From Bacteroidales bacterium (lineage in GTDB: Bacteria > Bacteroidota > Bacteroidia > Bacteroidales > VadinHA17), in assembly GCA_024762655.1 (NCBI GenBank), contig JANTHB010000003.1, positions 3,353 through 67,352 on the forward strand: a stretch of 64,000 nt of DNA, in the 5' to 3' direction. Position 1 is the stretch's first letter, and each line of letters opens with the position of its first letter. The position numbers were made by a program, and so were the translations under genes. This document shows positions 26,601 through 33,896 of the stretch, piece after piece. The notes under the pieces are model-generated. The model was not told the DNA's origin and did no database searches. It saw nothing but the letters and a program-made list of their open reading frames with translations.

Positions 26601-26629
26601 ATCTTTCGTATTTTCCGGAAAAAGGTCAT
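20624..26629 (-). CDS. Alpha-2-macroglobulin family thioester-type protein with an embedded SusC-like CarboxypepD_reg + TonB-plug module
   Basis: 2001 aa with a signal peptide. The N-terminal half contains MG-like domains (e.g. KPKYMPGDTVKLKAF). The SusC-type module (about 23250 down to about 22620) reads YVVEGYVRDAESGEPLPGANVVIKGTFYGTVADVDGYYSI...LDEVVVTGYGSRKK...LQGSVAGLSIQNRG...LYGSRGANGVILIKT. It is followed directly by the post-bait A2M motif AFWQPALVTD...FEVTFPDDVTSWRT. The thioester-type motif is YYCNEQ, with CNEQ encoded at complement 21896-21907. Confidence 0.8.
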   Translation of the reverse strand: MTFFRKIRKISLLLPLMLIISFPSHSQDLLRSRKTSYYTYIYRITNEEAGRIYKKIFKQELWKTAPSFFHTLVDSFPTDSQYCKRLTAGHYLRTYAEKNTQKLSITTVRNFNIYLFNNNTDLCLQVFDLQGNPVSDADVHIRRKKLSFDKETQAYTDKKSNKKGILTVSRNGLTAYYDLARQYNNSGIRRGTRKVVYSPPVKYIWLPVRFIISLPVDAVMSAVRGWPQGTIGQTGDFFVKISDKITCLFNHYYCDLYGNRFRKRHTGYLVFNKPKYMPGDTVKLKAFLETKKGKPVSRTVSVILRNNRKNIELTRLRPYRPGGYEYSFYLHDSLHLQLDKRYTIRIRKNDRKEYISGSFRYEDYELTKNTLSISTGKKVQYRHDPLRLFVRGTDENDLTLPDARLEILLTPVQTTRYVADHVFIPDTLLFLKKKLKPAGQTEILLRDSTFPPANFTYDIRVRMLTSDNEVLKKHERVAYYYETEKFNITTETDSILFEYQNNGRTQPREVSIFAEDDFGNKKTVYKGPSPCRIRLKPYYSSYTVQSDSLSGRIDIAREPSLLQCLSERTRDSVYVTVSNPRKLPFIYSIYRRNRERSSAYSDSLGFREKAGTKQNYFISIRYLWGGRVREENFRIPFKEDNLHIAVRAPALVYPGQKTKIELLVTNTEGDPVEGVDVTAFSITKNFHYAPPDLTFPVKPGKNKNVINNFFFKAFDPDMFSRIKLDYNTWKILAGIDTIAYFRFIYPGDSIYRFEYTPEDSVTQFAPFVISEGNVLPVYVIYVDSKPVFFRWSVRPAPYSFRIDSGYHQIKLRAPFRSIVIDSVYLTYGKKLIFSVDRDAGNRHIRSMKADNKLSDYEKHLLYRYIVPFRNTFGEHYAYLEQGKNIQLLNPELTRQRSGFAGPFAGDLTFHLLDSFSLAFRHEPFYEYVFRPGLLKMRCIDPKARYPAFLSSYPVAPSFADIPLTRQALEKKWEDYLDAKRYTTVWDRYPDHTRSGYGNLLIRLKTGRETAGRAPLNMLIVKYDEPDFLRVYPGRSTLVSDLSPGRYRLIFFYPGARYHIEDSLVIRPDGMNYYAFAPPRTLRKDTFSLYVSRLIRKTLFTSYPVAASKNTILRDYRRYQQQDRYTGPGYVVEGYVRDAESGEPLPGANVVIKGTFYGTVADVDGYYSINVPERYNVLEFSFVGYRTLEKTIGDRTTVNADLSPDLMALDEVVVTGYGSRKKKSLSAPVITGPTAAYSSAITDDKLQEVLQGSVAGLSIQNRGTSPGATEIQLRGAMSTLSLSAHPLVVINGRIYTGKLSAVDPSVISSIRILKGTEATSLYGSRGANGVILIKTVPGTFQVAAGLPDGKKGAYPVLFPEEAYRASSIRDNFSDYAFWQPALVTDRAGRAGFEVTFPDDVTSWRTFYLAMGAKRLSGQTEGLIRSYKPLMARLALPRFLVRGDTSYAIGKVISFLPDTTFVETKLEVNGTEIFRHSGLCRNALIDTLPVIAPADSLKVKYYLQTKDGYFDGELKDLPVFPQGLEETHGHFYVLDKDTSLEISADTSMGKVTLYARADILTVVEDEIAHLIHYKYYCNEQIASKLKALLAEKAIKKAKGEPFRKDLRIKKLIRILNRNRVSNGLWGWWKGSEESLWISLHVLEALTQAGRQGYKTSLDREKITERMVWELENRPDFSSAIRILRILVLLEAQVNYPHYISLLEKDSSRSLNDLLKIMALKQRCHLDPGTDTLRTFMDTTLFGNYYFSDDDRTTDLFNNDVQNTLLAYQILRADSTTVEQVLRKMRNYFLEKRKNGYWRNTYESAGIIETILPDLLKERSGSSHPVLKIAGDTSLTVTKFPFKMETDPHRKIRINRSGNYPVYLTSWQKSWNPSPAIKGKDFEITTSFEDSSSSLLTAGKETKLIARVKVKKDADYVMINIPVPGGCSYANKKNRFSNESHREYFKNETTIFCSHLYRGEYTFEIALIPRYSGTYTLNPAKIELMYFPTFNANNKIKKVTIIHP

Positions 26630-26874
26630 ATGTGTTGTATATCCTCTGAAAGGATGTTTTTTGAATGCTTATCAATAAAGATATGACTTTTTTATTTTAT
26701 CCGCAAATACCGACTCTTAGAAAATGATCCTGCATGTATTCTTTCGGATAAATAAATGCATTAACCGGTCTCTTCTCTCTGCCCTCCGTCTCCTTAGTAG
26801 TTCAACATCTAATGCCTCTAATTACACTGAAGGTTTGAAAGTTTGTAGTGTGGAGTTATATTATGCTGCTGTGT

Positions 26875-26991
26875 AGGGGAAATTAAATGGAAATTTGTTT
26901 GCTTCGTTCACGGTAATTAGCTGCTCGCAGGCTCGCAGCAAAATTAAGTGGTCATTCGGTAGTCATACGGTGGTCAATCAGTAGTCCTGCC
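26875..26991. repeat. Copy B of the ~100-nt intergenic repeat, with four 11-bp phased sub-repeats
   Basis: aggggaaattaaatggaaatttgtttgcttcgttcacggtaattagctgctcgcaggctcgcagcaaaattaagtggtcattcggtagtcatacggtggtcaatcagtagtcctgcc. The sub-repeat units are gtggtcattcg (26948-58), gtagtcatacg (26959-69), gtggtcaatca (26970-80) and gtagtcctgcc (26981-91). Confidence 0.8.
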
Positions 26992-27105
26992 GCAACTCAC
27001 GAAATGCCGCAAGCGAACATTTCGTTAGAGTTGCGTGCATCCTCGAAACAAAAGCAAAATTTTAAAAAAATTTGGTTGTTTCGGGATTAGGCTGTTTCGC
27101 AGCCG

Positions 27106-27143
27106 AACTTAGCTCGCTTCACGAACGAAATTAAATGGAAATT
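27106..27143. repeat. Partial third copy of the repeat (junction-like fragment)
   Basis: aacttagctcgcttcacgaacgaaattaaatggaaatt combines the 'aattagctcacttcgttcgcgaaattaa' segment (copy A, 19961-19990) with the 'aaatggaaatt' start of the repeat. This suggests an underlying ~57-nt unit. Confidence 0.5.
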
Positions 27144-27247
27144 GGGATGAAGGGAAAAAGGAATCCCGGGATTTCGGGCCGGAACAGGTGATCCCGGTTT
27201 CCATCGGGACCGCCTTGGCCATATACATGAATGTGGCCCGTTTTATT

Positions 27248-27844
27248 TCATTTTTTTCTTTTTTCTAATTCTACCTTTGCCAATTCCTGAATTTCCAGTG
27301 TTAACGTCGTGTTTCCATTAATAATATCTCTTAACTCATTGTCTGTCTTCTTTTTCAAAATTTCAGTCCAATTATAATTTCCTAATAATCTGTTTTCATA
27401 TTTTAGGGTTCTGTTGAAAAGGCGTCTATGAAGAAGTATTTTAATAATCAGACGAATGAAAAAGGCAGCCGTTACAACTGATAAGAATATCAGATATTGA
27501 GCTTCAATTTTAATGGAATATATCAATGGGATCAAAAGAAAAAATAATAATACCGCGATAAAATATATTATTCCATACGTAAAATAAACGGTATAGAATA
27601 TTGTATTGTCTCCGGTAAAACATAGTTCAGTCTTATTGGCAAAACCTAACCATAAATCCCAGGGAACATGGTCTAATGGATTTAGTGAAAAAAACTTTCC
27701 TTTAATAATTATTTTCTTCTCTCCATTATCTTCAATTTTATCATGCAGTTTTCCTTGCGAATTGATTAAAAACAATCTAATAATTTCATCCTTATCTATA
27801 TTTTTAATTTTCTTCTCAAATGATATTTTAAAGGGAGTTCTCAA
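27248..27844 (-). CDS. Orphan membrane protein (two predicted TM helices) in an AT-rich islet
   Basis: 198-aa ORF with hydrophobic segments IIYFIAVLLFFLLIPLIYSI and YLIFLSVVTAAFFIRLIIKILL and a Lys/Ile/Asn-rich composition. I recognise no family. The surrounding ~1 kb is much more AT-rich by eye than the rest of the window. Confidence 0.45.
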   Translation of the reverse strand: MRTPFKISFEKKIKNIDKDEIIRLFLINSQGKLHDKIEDNGEKKIIIKGKFFSLNPLDHVPWDLWLGFANKTELCFTGDNTIFYTVYFTYGIIYFIAVLLFFLLIPLIYSIKIEAQYLIFLSVVTAAFFIRLIIKILLHRRLFNRTLKYENRLLGNYNWTEILKKKTDNELRDIINGNTTLTLEIQELAKVELEKRKK

Positions 27845-28395
27845 TTCTAACTTTTTTATTTATTCGTTTCTTTCAAATAGGTTATAACTTTTTTATATAC
27901 GAACTAAAATTACAAATTTATCCGGATTTGGTTCCGGATAACATCAAATCTATTCTACTTTATCTCAAACGAAAACAATTACCTCCGGCTTCCTCCCCAA
28001 AACAGGGAGTTTTTTCAACCTTCAATGATACTGCTTCCGGGTATCTGGCCTTAATGTGTCGTTCCGGAAACATTTAGAAAGATACCAGTTGCGATCTACG
28101 AACCTACGTAGGCCAACACATAGATAAAAATTAATAAGTATCAGCATAATAGATTAGTAGGACATGTATTGAAAGCATACTTATCATGAGGTTTGCCGAA
28201 AGTATTTATTTATTGTTATGTTTGGGGTTTATTGTATGCCGGATATGGGAATGTTAGTAAATTTCTCTTGGCTTATCGTGCCTGTTTTATCTGCCGGATC
28301 CTTGCGAAGGCAGACTCCAGGTCCTTTGCGGCTTAAATATTACTTATTTCCGGCGGTATCTCATCCCTCTCACACTGATATACTGAGGATTATTT

Positions 28396-31011
28396 TCATT
28401 TCACATTGTATCCTCCAACCATAACCTGCGGTGTTTTATCTCTCAGAGAACGGTTATTGATCGTAGCAGTCAGTACCCTCTTCTCTCCCGGCAACAGAGA
28501 GATGTAATTGTCGCTCCACAAAACCGGCAGAATGGTTGCTCCGCTCTTTTCATCCCGTACGGCAGCATGGACAAAAAAAGCGATCTTGTCACTACGATTC
28601 TGTAGGGTCACCGTAAACAATGTACGGTCTTTTTCTGTCTTCGCCGTCATGGATGAGGAGACCTCCACCTGCGGCAGGTGATTGAGAGCCGTAAGGTCGG
28701 CATATTGCTTTGAAGGGGTGTAAAGCCAGTTGGGCTCGCGGGGATCTTCATAATTCAACACATCCTTTTTCCGGGAGATCCAGTAAAAATTATTGTCTAT
28801 TTCGTTTCCGGAAGAATCATACAGACGGACATCTATAAAATACGCGGGAGCTATTCCTGCATCCGTTAAAGAAAGCCCTTTCCGGGAACTATTGGCAGTC
28901 AGGTCCACAGGGATCTCCTTTTCATATTTCTTTTCGGAATTAAGATCGTAGATTCTCACCTTTAGCTTACAGTCTTTTTTATCCTCCGGCTTATCATTTA
29001 CAACATATAAGGCCTTAAGGGAGTAATCATACACCGCATGCCAGGGACGCAGCGCTTTTTTAGCACCATAATAAGCGCCGTTAGGCATGAGATAATAGTC
29101 GTACAACTGCCAGTACATTTCCGGCCATGCTGAGTTAAGCATCCAGAGGATAAGTCCGGTGGCATGGTATCTGCGGGCTGAGTAAGCTTCGAACATGGGA
29201 CGCATAAGTTCATAGTTCATTGCCTGGGCTTTCTTTTCCAGGTCGCTGAGATCCTTCACTTTACCATAACGTGCCTGCAGGGCTTTCATATAGCGGTTGA
29301 GAGAGTGGAAGGCTCCCCGTCCGGAATGGTACATCCACATGTCGTCCATCGGCCAGAGATGATCGGGAGAAAACATTTTTTTCAGGCTTTCCAGCGGGGG
29401 GATCTGGGCGCCGGGGCCGATCTCGGTGGCAAAGCCATAGGCACCTCCCTTTATGGTATCAGAATACCAGTACACCGGGGGGACGTAAGCATAAGGCCCT
29501 TCCATCTTCACACCTGTAGGCCCGGCCAGCGTTACCATCGCCTTGGCAGAGGCCAGGTAATCCCGGGTAGTATCATACTCCTGAAAGATCTCCCGGTATT
29601 TTTTCTCCAGTTCGGGTTTGGGCTTCAGGTCACTCCCTACCAGCCAGGTAAAGATGGCCGGATGGTTTCGCAGCCACACCACCTGGTCTTTCCAGGCTTC
29701 GCTCATCAGAGACATATCCTCTTTGCTGAGAATTCCTCCGTATTTCGGGTCGGTATGCTTCCCGAGATATTCCGGCCATTCCCAGTGACAGCTCCATCCC
29801 ACCATGATAAGGATACCCATACTGTCGCAGAGGTTATATATCTCCTGGCCGGTTCCCCAAAAGCCTTCCATGCGAATCGTATTGAGGTTCACATCCCTGA
29901 CATAGGCCAGTTGTGCGCGTATGCTTGCCGGAGTATCATCCATCAGCATGCGGTCTGTCCAGCCGGCGCCGTGTATCTGTATCTTACGGCCATTGATCCG
30001 GAAAAGACGGTACCCCTCCCCGGTCAGGGAGGAAGTGACCTCCCTGATCCCGAAATGCAGGTCTTTTTCATCCAGTACATACCGGCCTTTCCGGAAAAAG
30101 AACTTTCCCTGATAGAGAGCCGGTTCGCCGAGGGTATGAGGCCACCAGAGACGGGGATGGTCCACCTTCAGTGCTGCAAAATCGCCGGCTTCAAAGCAGA
30201 TCTTCCTGCTCTCCCCGGCTTTAAGATATACCGGTTTGGGGATGTCTTTTCCATCGAAAGAAAAGACCATCTCCCCTCTCAGCGGTTTTCCGGAGAGGTT
30301 TTTCACCCTCACCGACGCCGTGAGGGTCGCATGGGACAGGTCATCGCTCACATCGCTGGCCACAAAGGGATCGGACACGCTGACGCCTCCGTTTTTTTCC
30401 AGAAACACCGGCCGGAACAAGCCCATATTGCCGTCCGGGGGACGGGGGTTCCAATCGACAAAGCCGATGGAAAAATCGCCCGGACGCGGAGGGATGACCT
30501 CTACGGCCAGGACATTGTCTCCTTTTACGGCATAAGGAGAAATATCAAACGTAAATTGCCTGAAGCTATTGACCACCTGAGCGGTGTCGGCGATCTTCCG
30601 GCCGTTGAGCCAGATGTTTGCTTTGTAGTTAATTCCTTTGAATTTCAGCAGCAATCCTTCCGGGACTTCCTCCAGCGTGAAGACCCTGCGGTACCACCAC
30701 GGGGACCGGAAGGTTTTTTGGGGAATCTTCTCCAGATTATCGTTGCGAAAGATGTCGGTATAGACGCCATGCCTGACCAGACAATGCAGCACTGTTTCAG
30801 GCACACGTGCTTCATACCAGTTTTTCATATCATAACCGGAAGAGCTTATGGCACCCCCATCCATGCCGACAGAGTCGGCACTCTGCAAATACCATCCGTC
30901 CCCCAGTTCCTGACGGGCATATTTTTTTATGGGAGGGCTGTAACAAGAGGTCAGCAAAAGCAGCGAAACAATCAGTCCGCCGGGGGAAAAGATACTTTTC
31001 ATTTTTTCCAT
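28396..31011 (-). CDS. Glycoside hydrolase family 2, exo-beta-D-glucosaminidase (CsxA)/beta-mannosidase-like
   Basis: 871 aa with a lipoprotein-like signal (LLLTSC). Motifs are WYEARVPETVLHCLVRHG, WWYRRVFTL, LKFKGINYKANIWLNGRKI and NTIRMEGFWG, typical of the CsxA/mannosidase branch of GH2. Confidence 0.7.
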   Translation of the reverse strand: MEKMKSIFSPGGLIVSLLLLTSCYSPPIKKYARQELGDGWYLQSADSVGMDGGAISSSGYDMKNWYEARVPETVLHCLVRHGVYTDIFRNDNLEKIPQKTFRSPWWYRRVFTLEEVPEGLLLKFKGINYKANIWLNGRKIADTAQVVNSFRQFTFDISPYAVKGDNVLAVEVIPPRPGDFSIGFVDWNPRPPDGNMGLFRPVFLEKNGGVSVSDPFVASDVSDDLSHATLTASVRVKNLSGKPLRGEMVFSFDGKDIPKPVYLKAGESRKICFEAGDFAALKVDHPRLWWPHTLGEPALYQGKFFFRKGRYVLDEKDLHFGIREVTSSLTGEGYRLFRINGRKIQIHGAGWTDRMLMDDTPASIRAQLAYVRDVNLNTIRMEGFWGTGQEIYNLCDSMGILIMVGWSCHWEWPEYLGKHTDPKYGGILSKEDMSLMSEAWKDQVVWLRNHPAIFTWLVGSDLKPKPELEKKYREIFQEYDTTRDYLASAKAMVTLAGPTGVKMEGPYAYVPPVYWYSDTIKGGAYGFATEIGPGAQIPPLESLKKMFSPDHLWPMDDMWMYHSGRGAFHSLNRYMKALQARYGKVKDLSDLEKKAQAMNYELMRPMFEAYSARRYHATGLILWMLNSAWPEMYWQLYDYYLMPNGAYYGAKKALRPWHAVYDYSLKALYVVNDKPEDKKDCKLKVRIYDLNSEKKYEKEIPVDLTANSSRKGLSLTDAGIAPAYFIDVRLYDSSGNEIDNNFYWISRKKDVLNYEDPREPNWLYTPSKQYADLTALNHLPQVEVSSSMTAKTEKDRTLFTVTLQNRSDKIAFFVHAAVRDEKSGATILPVLWSDNYISLLPGEKRVLTATINNRSLRDKTPQVMVGGYNVK

Positions 31012-31292
31012 AATTTATCACTATTGACCGACAAAAACAAAAAGAAGAATATCCTTGCGGGTTTCTCCTTCAAATAATATTTACAATCAAAATATGTACA
31101 ACACGTGTAAAATTATAGAATTAAATCTAGTCCTACAAATTGTTCATCTGACCCCGGATCCGGAGTGATGATAATTTACGCTTTGGGGCTGATTCCGGGT
31201 TTTGTAAAAAATAAAAAATTGTGACATACCACAGCTATTCAAAAACCGGTATCCGATGAAGACACCTTCAAACGGGGATCCTTAAAGTGATG

Positions 31293-32840
31293 CTACGTAA
31301 GGCTCAGGCTGCCCCATCCTTTGCGGTATTTTCTTTTCACAAACTGATTGGCTTCTTCAAAGTTGGTAATCCGCATGTTTTCTCCATCCCATTTATAATT
31401 GATATAGCGTCCGGGGAAGACAAACCCTTCGAGCTCTCCGTAAACAGGGTCTTTTCTTTTTATTTTTTTACGGATATTAAAACTACGGAGCAACAAATTT
31501 CCCATCAATACGGTTTCGGTCAGCGGACCAGCATATCCTTCGAAGGGAGAGTCCACCTCCGCCTTGCCGTACCCTGCGATACATGCATCCACAAACTGCC
31601 AGTAATGGCCATCCATGCCCCCTTCCACACGCGGATATTTCCGGGGCACATGAACCTCCTTATTCCTTGATAAAGGCAGTAATATCGGGTTCCGTCCGCC
31701 CCAGCCACAGGCAGCCACACCTTTTGTCCCGACAAACAATGTGGCGCCTTCATAGTCATTCAAACCGGGCCAGTCTCCCAGTATCTCGTTCATGTTTTTA
31801 TCCGAGTCCAGGAGGTCGGGCCGTTCCGGGATGATGCCTCCGTCCATCCAGTACAGGTCAAAATTTCTTTTGTTATTTAACTTGTAGCGGAAGCGGATCG
31901 AACTTGACACGGGACCGCTGTCGGGATATTGTGCTTCTGAGAAGATGCCGTCATAGACGGTGCTGGCACTACCGGAAACTTCAACAGGATAACCCAGTCC
32001 CAGTAACTTGAAGGGAGGACCCATAATGTGACATCCCATATCGCCCAGGGCTCCGGTACCGAACTTCCACCAACCACGCCAGTTAAAAGGAACCAGATTG
32101 TCAATATATTCAGTCTCTGTGGCGGTGCCCAGCCACAGATCCCAGTTTAATTCTTTCGGCACAGGGGGATGTTTATCCGGCCAGGGGATGCCCTGTGGCC
32201 ATACCGGCCGGTCGGTCCAGCAATAGACCTTTTCGACCTCTCCCAGCACATCTGCTTCCAGCCACTCCCGGAGGGTACGCATACCGTCACACGAAGCCCC
32301 CTGGTCACCCATCTGGGTAACCACCTTATATTTTTGTGCCGCCCGGGTTAAAATACGGGCTTCATAGATATCGTGTGTCAAGGGTTTCTGCAGATATAAA
32401 TGTTTATGAAGCTGCATGGCACTCAGTCCCACAATCGCATGATTGTGATCAGGAATGGCGACGGTTACCGCATCAAAGTGGTTATGCTCTTTATCAAACA
32501 TTTCCCGCCAGTCATGATAGAAAGGAGCTTTTGGGAATTCTTTACGTACACGCGCCGCCTGCCGGTCATCTACATCGCAAAGATGTGATATTACAACATT
32601 CTTCCGGGGTGTTTTCATAAAAGCATGAATATCGGCCGCCCCTTCTCCCCCACATCCAACGGCGGCAAGATAAAGCTTATCACTCGGAGCAACATGACCC
32701 AGCCCACTGACCGCATAACTCGGCACCACCGTTATCCCGGTGGCTCCGGCAGCCGTTAACCCCACAAATTTCCTCCGGGAGAGTCCCGGAGGTTCATTTG
32801 TGGCTTCTTTCTTTTTCTTTTTCGGTTTGTTTGTATACAT
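31293..32840 (-). CDS. Gfo/Idh/MocA-family NAD(P)-dependent oxidoreductase with a twin-arginine (TAT) signal
   Basis: 515 aa. The TAT-like signal is LSRRKFVGLTAAGATG. The Rossmann motif is YLAAVGCGGEGAADI. The overall sequence resembles periplasmic Gfo/Idh/MocA (GH109-like) proteins. Confidence 0.75.
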   Translation of the reverse strand: MYTNKPKKKKKEATNEPPGLSRRKFVGLTAAGATGITVVPSYAVSGLGHVAPSDKLYLAAVGCGGEGAADIHAFMKTPRKNVVISHLCDVDDRQAARVRKEFPKAPFYHDWREMFDKEHNHFDAVTVAIPDHNHAIVGLSAMQLHKHLYLQKPLTHDIYEARILTRAAQKYKVVTQMGDQGASCDGMRTLREWLEADVLGEVEKVYCWTDRPVWPQGIPWPDKHPPVPKELNWDLWLGTATETEYIDNLVPFNWRGWWKFGTGALGDMGCHIMGPPFKLLGLGYPVEVSGSASTVYDGIFSEAQYPDSGPVSSSIRFRYKLNNKRNFDLYWMDGGIIPERPDLLDSDKNMNEILGDWPGLNDYEGATLFVGTKGVAACGWGGRNPILLPLSRNKEVHVPRKYPRVEGGMDGHYWQFVDACIAGYGKAEVDSPFEGYAGPLTETVLMGNLLLRSFNIRKKIKRKDPVYGELEGFVFPGRYINYKWDGENMRITNFEEANQFVKRKYRKGWGSLSLT

Positions 32841-32872
32841 CGGAAAAAGATTTAAGGATTTTATTTCACCGG

Positions 32873-33589
32873 TTATTTTTGGAGAGGTTTCACCGACACT
32901 TCCTTAAAAAATACCACATCCTTGTCGCTATGGTTTTGTAATCCTATATACCCGAAATCAGGACGTGGACCACGTAAAGGCTCAAAGTCAAACTTACGGG
33001 ACGGAACAGGATCACCCTCGGTAAAATCGGTCACCTTCACCCCGTTCACATAAACAATGGTCCGGGGGCCATCCAGGGTTATTTCCATAGTATTCCACTC
33101 CGGCCCCGGTTTTCCCGGTTTGGCAAGAGGCTTGGTCAGGGAATACAGCGCACCGGTATAGTGGTAATCATTCTCGTTAGAGAGATCAGGACGATTGTCT
33201 ATTTGTACTTCATAACCATAGTTCACCGGCATCCATGCTTCACGGGGTTCAATCGGGATCCGGATGAAAACCCCGGAGTTATCGTTTTTATCACGCATCC
33301 TGAAGACTACACGGATCGTGCAATTCCCGAATTTCTCCCCGGTCCAGTATAACAACCCCATCCCTCCATGTGTTTTTATCAGGCCGCTCTCCACAGTCAT
33401 GTAACCCGGCCCCACATGTTTCCATCCGGTCAGATCCTTACCGTTAAAAAGATGCCTCCACCCGCTTTTTGTATTTTGTCCTGAGGCAGACTCATTCTTT
33501 ACCGGATTAACACCGGCAAATCCGACGAGCATCACAGAGACACTCAACAAGGTTCCCAATAGGAATCGTTTTGCATTTATTGTTTTCAT
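32873..33589 (-). CDS. DUF1080 / 3-keto-disaccharide hydrolase family protein (secreted)
   Basis: 238 aa with a signal peptide. Motifs are WRHLFNGKDLTGWKHVG, NSGVFIRIP, GYEVQIDN, TGALYSL and GYIGLQNHS, characteristic of PF06439-type proteins. It lies 32 nt downstream of the oxidoreductase on the same strand. Confidence 0.8.
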   Translation of the reverse strand: MKTINAKRFLLGTLLSVSVMLVGFAGVNPVKNESASGQNTKSGWRHLFNGKDLTGWKHVGPGYMTVESGLIKTHGGMGLLYWTGEKFGNCTIRVVFRMRDKNDNSGVFIRIPIEPREAWMPVNYGYEVQIDNRPDLSNENDYHYTGALYSLTKPLAKPGKPGPEWNTMEITLDGPRTIVYVNGVKVTDFTEGDPVPSRKFDFEPLRGPRPDFGYIGLQNHSDKDVVFFKEVSVKPLQK

Positions 33590-33826
33590 TTTTCAACCAT
33601 TTAAAAGTTTAACAAATATTTAGCTATCACAATGCATTCAGATGAATCATATAAAATTAATCATAATTCACATAAAATACGCCCCTGCATATTTTTTTAT
33701 CTATCCTTTTGAGATACAGGTTATTTGATTAAAAGTACCGCTTCGGGAGCAGGGATTTACATGACTGTTGAAAAGATATTATTAACTTTTTCCGGAAGTC
33801 TGCATAAAATTATTTAAAAAAATATG

Positions 33827-33834
33827 TAGGTTTG
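33827..33834 (+). promoter_or_regulatory. Candidate Bacteroidota -7 promoter box (TAnnTTTG) for the MFS sugar porter gene
   Basis: Exact match taggtttg, 63 nt upstream of the ATG at 33897. Only 6 positions are fixed, so chance matches are common. Confidence 0.3.
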
Positions 33835-33896
33835 AACATTCTAAACCTGAACTTCATTCTAATTTAAGATATGTTAACCTATAAAACCCAGACAAG

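Noticed and set aside
19924-26991. The direct repeats flanking the 6-kb A2M-like gene as boundaries of a mobile element or insertion.
   Set aside because: There is no transposase, integrase or recombinase, no recognisable target-site duplication, and no compositional break across the gene. Both copies sit at the same distance upstream of a start codon, which fits a cis-regulatory or leader element better than transposon ends.
27152-27174. The palindrome aatcccgggatt followed (on the minus strand) by a T5 run, as an intrinsic terminator for the AT-rich orphan gene.
   Set aside because: The palindrome has no loop. A realistic hairpin would have only a 4-bp stem, too weak to call a terminator with confidence.
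29305-31077. Very long antisense ORFs opposite clearly homologous genes. Examples: 590 aa at 29305-31077(+) opposite the GH2; 356 aa at 39446-40516(-) and 279 aa at 40562-41401(-) opposite ppdK; 327 aa at 9051-10034(+); 357 aa at 21716-22789(+); 266 aa at 42770-43570(+); 277 aa at 44262-45095(-); 246 aa at 1746-2486(+).
   Set aside because: The one I checked (29305 versus 28396, both equal 1 mod 3) is in the codon-aligned antisense frame. In that frame, stops arise only from sense TTA, CTA or TCA codons, which these genes use rarely. The translations are R/G/P/H-rich with no recognisable motifs, while the opposite strand has strong family signatures. I treat them as shadow ORFs caused by codon bias, not overlapping genes.
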